In this document: one piece after another, positions 63,386-64,000 of the stretch
Layout: the number at the start of each line of letters is the position of its first letter
Position numbering within the stretch: position 1 is the first letter of the stretch
The notes under the pieces: generated by a model
What the model was told of the DNA's origin: nothing
The model's database searches: none
Seen by the model: only the letters and a program-made list of their open reading frames with translations
Position numbers and translations under genes: made by a program
Origin: Eledone cirrhosa
Lineage: Eukaryota
DNA length: 64,000 nt
Direction of reading: 5' to 3'
NCBI GenBank assembly: GCA_964016885.1
Contig: OZ024762.1
Coordinates: forward strand, 16,740,001 to 16,804,000

Positions 63386-63610
63386 CAACATCACACCAGG
63401 ACACGTCAAAACAGAAACTGACCACACAAAATTCAAGAAGTCTTTGGACAAATTCCTCCAAGTAATCCCGGACAAACCACCCACACCCGGATATGTCTCC
63501 GCAAACAGTAATTCTCTTCTCGAATGGGCCATGGTGCCCAAATCCTGAATTGAAAGACTTCGCCAGGTGGTGCTATTAAGTTAGACATGGCCTGGGCCAA
63601 TACTGGCCAA
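63386..63610 (+). mobile_element. LINE (CR1/L2-like) 3' end fragment
   Basis: [22 protein letters not shown]...NSLLEW resembles the C-terminal end of LINE ORF2. Confidence 0.6.
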
Positions 63611-64000
63611 AACATTTCAAAGTTATTCAAAGTTATCTATATATACATACATAAATATATATATCTATCTATATATACATACATATATATATATATCTAT
63701 CTATATATACATACATATATATATATATCTATCTATATATACATACATATATATATATATCTATCTATACATACATACATATATATATATATCTATCTAT
63801 ATATACATATATATATATATATATCTATATATACATATATATATATATATCTATCTATATATACATACATATATATATCTATCTATATATACATACATAT
63901 ATCTATATATCTATCTATATATACATACATATATCTATATATCTATATATACATATATATATATATCTATATATACATACATATATATATATCTATATAT

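Overview
AT-rich, intron-rich eukaryotic DNA. The SINE, MITE and microsatellite content suggests an octopus or other coleoid cephalopod (inferred, not verified). Nearly the whole window is one minus-strand gene, a dihydropyrimidinase/CRMP (DPYS/CRMP) family member. I assembled 13 exon positions by hand with GT-AG boundaries and consistent phases (55753 to 7341, 1615 nt, about 538 codons). The canonical first exon and the terminal PPGG exon were not found. The main finding is a pair of paralogous 121-nt, same-phase, mutually exclusive exons. 30837-30957 keeps the metal-ligand His (YIVHVMSK, enzyme form) and 28462-28582 replaces it with Lys ([12 protein letters not shown]-like non-catalytic form), so one gene may encode both a pyrimidine-catabolic enzyme and a CRMP-type neuronal pseudoenzyme. 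The introns hold large minisatellites (one about 9 kb), satellites derived from SINEs and MITEs, TTAA MITEs, LINE fragments, long inverted repeats that flank exons, and minimal hammerhead-ribozyme motifs of the Penelope type. The long ORFs in the supplied track are tandem-repeat artefacts.
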